Shown: one piece after another, positions 59,701 through 64,000 of the stretch
Layout: the number at the start of each line of letters is the position of its first letter
How positions within the stretch are numbered: the stretch's first letter is position 1
Origin: Azolla caroliniana
Taxonomy: Eukaryota; Plantae; Polypodiophyta
Length of the DNA: 64,000 nt
Direction: 5' to 3'
Assembly (NCBI GenBank): GCA_043228905.1
Contig: JBHGNT010000012.1
Span: 372,001 to 436,000 of the forward strand
Notes under the pieces: model-generated
Databases searched by the model: none
What the model was told of the DNA's origin: nothing
What the model saw: only the letters and a program-made list of their open reading frames with translations
Translations under genes and position numbers: made by a program

Positions 59701-62037
59701 CAATTGGTTTGGTCACAGATTCCAATTGAGATGAGTTACCAGAGTCACTTAAAGAATCAGCACGCTGATAGTTTATGAGATGCACTTCGTGCCAAATTCT
59801 TCTGCTTTCTAGGCTGAAACTTTTAAATCTATCATCTACTTGCTGAATAGCTTCGAAAATGGTCCAATTTCGATCAAGCAGCTTTCCACATACAGAGAAG
59901 CATAACCTTGACGAACGTGAAAAAGAGGACGCTTCTGATTCCTTAGTTGTCTTTGCGGGAGAGGAAACTCCTGTGGTTGTGCATTCATCACCCAAATGAA
60001 CTTCATAAACACCATCACATGTAACTTCTTCCTCAAAGACCTAATAACATAAAGATGGAGGCAAACTTTTAAATTTGCTTCCAAGTACATATTAAACAAA
60101 CATGAGCAGACGATGCTCTAGAATTTACCATTCGAGCTTGGTCATATTGATCAAACTCCTCATCCCAATATTCATCTTCCTCGTCCGACGAATATTCTCC
60201 TTCCTCTTCCACTAGAGAGAGATCACTCTCACTATCCTACAAAATGTCCGTAAAATAATAGCAATGATTACTTGATTTGTGTAATGTTACAAATTCAAAA
60301 TACAACTCAAATAAGACAATAAGAGCTACCTCAATACCAGCAACAGCCTCAAAGGTCTCTTCGATCAACCTCGCTGCTTCCTCATTACGCCGTTTTGCTG
60401 CTGCGTTCCTTGTCTCTGGACCTCTATGTTCTTCAGTTTGATTAAGTGATGCAATCTTATTTTTCTTTTTCATGTGATTCTTGTCATGTATTTTCTGGTC
60501 AGCTAATGTACTAGCTCCAGATGCCATATCCTTACCTACAGCTGAAGGTACCTCAGATTGTATCGGTGGCCTACCACTCATTGAAGGAGATACTGGAGTC
60601 TGTGAGCTTGAAGCTGTAGCCATAACACCTATTTGACGCACACGAGGCCACAAATACTCTTCTAGGGATGATAATGTTGTCAGAGGGCTCATAAGAACCA
60701 CACTTGTTGGAAAGTCTTGTAAGCTTGTGTCTGTGGGTAGTTTCATGAAACGTAACTTTAAGGGTTGAGCTAGAATACTTAATCCAGTAGTATTTCCTGG
60801 TTTGCTGGTTCCTGAAGGACTTTGAGTTAGATTAACCGGAAAACTCTCAAGGGAAGACAGAGCATTTTGAATCTTCCTAACAAGCACTGTAAAATGCAGT
60901 TTTGTTTCCTCGTTACAAGTTGCAATTGTAATGAATTGATGTAATCTCCTCAACAGTTTCTGCCTAAGTTCTTCTTGCATCAATTCTTCTTTAGAAACAT
61001 CAACATCAGAAAAATAACTTAATAAAGACTCAACTACTCCACAACTTATGAACTCAAATGTAGAAATATCTCCGGTACCGATTTCAGTAAGAATTTCAGC
61101 TATTAATGAGGTTAACATCTGAGTATTTTCCCCTTTCTTCTTTATGCCAACAATCAGCTTTGCAGAGAGCTTCTTCAGCCTCTTGAGGTTATTGCTTACT
61201 TCATTGGCAGAACCCACAGGAAAGTATGTATCTTTAAATGATTTAGCACTTGTGAGAGCAAAAGTTGATATGTCAGTTGTTGATTCTTCTGAAGGCAGCC
61301 TTAAAGTACTTGTTGATGCCCCTTCACCAGAAATACACTCTTCTTTAACAGCTCTGTTAGAGGCACTCACAACTCTCCTTGATCTTCGCCTAGTGATATC
61401 CGTTGCCACTCCTTTGTCGTCATCCAAATCAAATTGGCAGTTGATTGCATGAAGCACCCCTTCTTTCACAAACGCTTTTGAAAAATAGTCTGGAAGTTTC
61501 TGCATCAACAAATCTGCTATCTGCAGAGTAGTTATCTGTACCATAGGATCTTTAGAAACCAGTACACTAGCCAAGAAGCTGCAATAGAAAAACAGAGAAA
61601 ATCAACTATAAATCCTGATTCAAGTTAACATTTTTAGATTTGTATGGAATCTGACCTTGATATATTCAGTTCCTGAAATATAGAGTACAGTACATCTGCG
61701 GCAATAAAGTGAACAAGTTTATGCATTGCATCAAGGCATGTATACCGAATTGTAAGATTTATACATGACTCATATAGCTGTAGTAACCCAAGAACAAAGA
61801 GAGCGAGTTAGAACCAAGAAGCAGATAAAGAATAGTTCAAACACCAGAAAGAAAAAAGCTACCTGTACAAGAATAGGAAATAAGTGGGTTCCAAACTGGG
61901 CCAATAGGCTGGACTCAATGCACAGTGATTGCTTACGACCGAGCATACTGCTGCCAGGAAGCCTTGATGTTAAACTCATAGATGATTGTGGCAATGGAGG
62001 AATCAGAGCATTCACAAGATTCACAATTTCACGGAGC
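56740..62037 (-). CDS. HECT E3 ubiquitin-protein ligase, UPL3/UPL4 (TRIP12/Ufd4) subfamily; 5' exons lie beyond 62037, probably outside the window
   Basis: ARM-region end (IVNLVNALIPPLP, FVKEGVLHAI), ISTFEFISCGVV, CPFLLPFETKRQYF, RLQRRKVRIYRDRIFESA, LEVEYFGEVGIGLGPTLEFY, FLRFVTGAPQLPCGGL, catalytic DLPSVMTCANYLKLPPYSSK, last exon 56805-56740 EIMKERLLYAIHEGQGSFDLS*. Confidence 0.92.
56935..57300 (-). repeat. ~40-bp tandem repeat array of the exon/intron junction filling the last UPL intron
   Basis: Donor-like AG|GTA (or AG|GCA) recurs with the intron-first base at 57295 (real), 57255, 57216, 57176, 57133, 57094, 57062, 57025, 56985 and 56945. Confidence 0.8.
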
Positions 62038-63133
62038 TGTAAAAAACATGCTGTTGTCATGCAGTGTTAATGAAATGCAAAACATAACACTCTACTTGCT
62101 GGACATGTAAAATCCATACTAATACATGATGATATGGGACAATTGATTATGAATATATAAAAACCATATCAATGTTCACTTTAGAAAAGATGATGAAGGC
62201 ATGATGCATAAAAGGTGGCAAATACCAGCTTGCCAATCTCCTCTCTATCCAATCTGTGTCATGACTCAAGCAAACAGAAAAAACCAGTAGCAAATCTACC
62301 CATAAATCTGATATAAGTATTTCGTTTTCCTATTGCTACAATGAAAGATTGAAAAATGAGTTGAAAACAATCTAAGTTTTTGTAGCTGAGAACAGCCGAA
62401 AGAAATTTTGCACTCTTTTCTCTTAAGAGTTATTGAATGACAAGGAGACATATGAGGTGGGAACCTCACATTCAATTCTGTATAGTGACATTGAAATCGA
62501 CGCATCTGTCAACTAACCTTGGTATAAGAGACGATTGGATGTGATGCACACAGCAGTATTGGTCAAAGCCAGCTCGAGGCCATATTTGTAAATAGTCATT
62601 TATGTATATGAGTATAAATATAGTTAGGGCAAGTAGTTAAGAAATGTAACTAACCTTGGTAACAGTCAGGTTATGGTGTTCAACAACTTACATCACAATG
62701 AATACAAGATCAGCACCACTTCACATTAGGGGAGAAGCTGATGAAATATGATGACCCCTATACCTATCAGGTAGTAGCATTTGTTAGAACCTCTTTTTCT
62801 ATGAGAAGCGGAGCTGTTTGGATTTTCCATAAGTATGGTTCTGCGGCCACAAAAGTAAACAGCATTCCTACTGTTGTGCAACAGTTCTCCTTGTTAGGAG
62901 TTATTAAAAGCGAGTATGACCTGGTAAGATTCCTTGTGACGCATTCAAAAGTGATGTCTTTCTGTTTATGGTACATTGATACATCATGTAGATCCAGGAG
63001 AGAAGCGTACTACATTTGCAGGTGCACAAGCTAAAATCAGATATGAGGATGTTTTCATTGTTTGTCCAGAGGATTTTGAACCTTTGTATTCAGTCATAGA
63101 TTATTGTGGTCAAAGATGTGTGGGCCTTTATTT

Positions 63134-63743
63134 ACGGAAGATTTAAGGACTTCTGCGATGAGAGATGACCAGTCCAGACAAACCCTGCTGAATGACATAT
63201 CACAGACTTCTTTGAAGGGACCACCAAGGACGAACAAGACCAAGCATCCTGATTGAACAAATCTAGTTAAATACATTAGGTTGGGCCACGCCCAACACAT
63301 TCACATGCACAACTATTCACATAATAGGTCATGATTGCATCTGTGTATCCAACACACCACAATGCTTCACTGATCACACTCTGCAGATATTGATATTCTA
63401 GCAGGTCATGATTGCACCTGTGTATCCAACACACCAGAATGCTTCACGGATCACACAGTGCAGATATTGATATTCTACGGGAGATTTGAGGGACTTCTGT
63501 GATAAGAGATGACCAGTCCAAACAAACCCTGCTGAATGACATATCCCAGACTTCTTTGAAGGGACCACCAAGGACGAGCAAGGCCAATCATCCTGGTTGA
63601 ACAAATCTAGTTAAATTCATTTGGTTGGGTCACTCTCAACACCCTCACATGCACAAGTATTCACATTACAGGTCATGATTGCACCTGTGTATCCAACATA
63701 CCACAATGCTTCACTGATCTCACTCTGCAGATATTGATATTCT
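63134..63743. repeat. Compound tandem duplication (~266 bp x2 with an extra internal 77-bp unit), probably within a UPL intron
   Basis: Copy A 63134-63399, extra 77-bp subunit 63400-63476, copy B 63477-63743. The subunit aggtcatgattgca-ctgtgtatccaaca-acca-aatgcttcac-gatc-cac--tgcagatattgatattct occurs three times. Confidence 0.88.
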
Positions 63744-64000
63744 TGCCAGACCCATGCATGACATATTCCAATAGTTCACCTTGTTCCTATCCACAATCAT
63801 ATTCTTGTACATCTAGGCACCTAAGATTAGTCACATCAGTTTCTTATCGGTGTGTATTATCACACAAATATTTATTCTATTTAACCTAGACACAATGCAT
63901 TTTCTCTACTTTCTTGCCATTAGACATCACATTGCATTGCTCTAAAGTTGTGAATCTTCAGGCACAAGATCACTTCACTCCCTCAATATTGGGACAATAT

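Noticed and set aside
62508-62662. Additional UPL exons marked by two CCAAG|GTTAGTT donor-like sites
   Set aside because: The ~14-17-bp duplicate is real, but adjacent sequence shows no UPL-like reading frame; the upstream exons probably lie outside the window.
63134-63743. Intronic box C/D snoRNA cluster
   Set aside because: No clean RTGATGA...CTGA pair with a terminal stem on the host-gene strand; candidate D boxes are mutated between copies (CTGA to CTGG or CGGA).

Overview
Eukaryotic land-plant genomic DNA, AT-rich, with GT-AG introns and many GA/TA microsatellites. A non-seed plant such as a fern is my inference from the Tcn1-like chromovirus and RTE-like LINE, not proven. Left half: two paralogous full-size ABCG/PDR transporter genes in convergent orientation (+2093..10096 and -25745..32704). 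Their 15.6 kb spacer holds a decayed Tork/Tto1-like Ty1/copia element (11001..16648), an intact and very young chromodomain Ty3/gypsy element (16928..22616, minus) and a solo LTR (23833..24634). Right half: a truncated RTE-like LINE, a DUF1336/EDR2-C-terminal-domain gene (minus, CDS 40327..47027) and the 3' part of a UPL3/UPL4-type HECT E3 ligase (minus, 56740..>62037). The most notable signals are in the gypsy element. It has no tRNA primer-binding site; instead a 12-nt PBS is exactly complementary to its own predicted transcript 5' end (Tf1-type self-priming). A U3/R hairpin could mask the 3' copy of that primer, an antisense tRNA-like A/B-box palindrome sits in the LTR, and there is a G_UUA_AAC plus pseudoknot -1 frameshift signal. 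Separately, several host-gene segments are tandem duplications of 5' splice sites, most strikingly about nine 40-bp donor copies in the last UPL intron. No CRISPR, rRNA or bona fide tRNA genes were found. Exon boundaries were read by eye and need RNA-seq confirmation.
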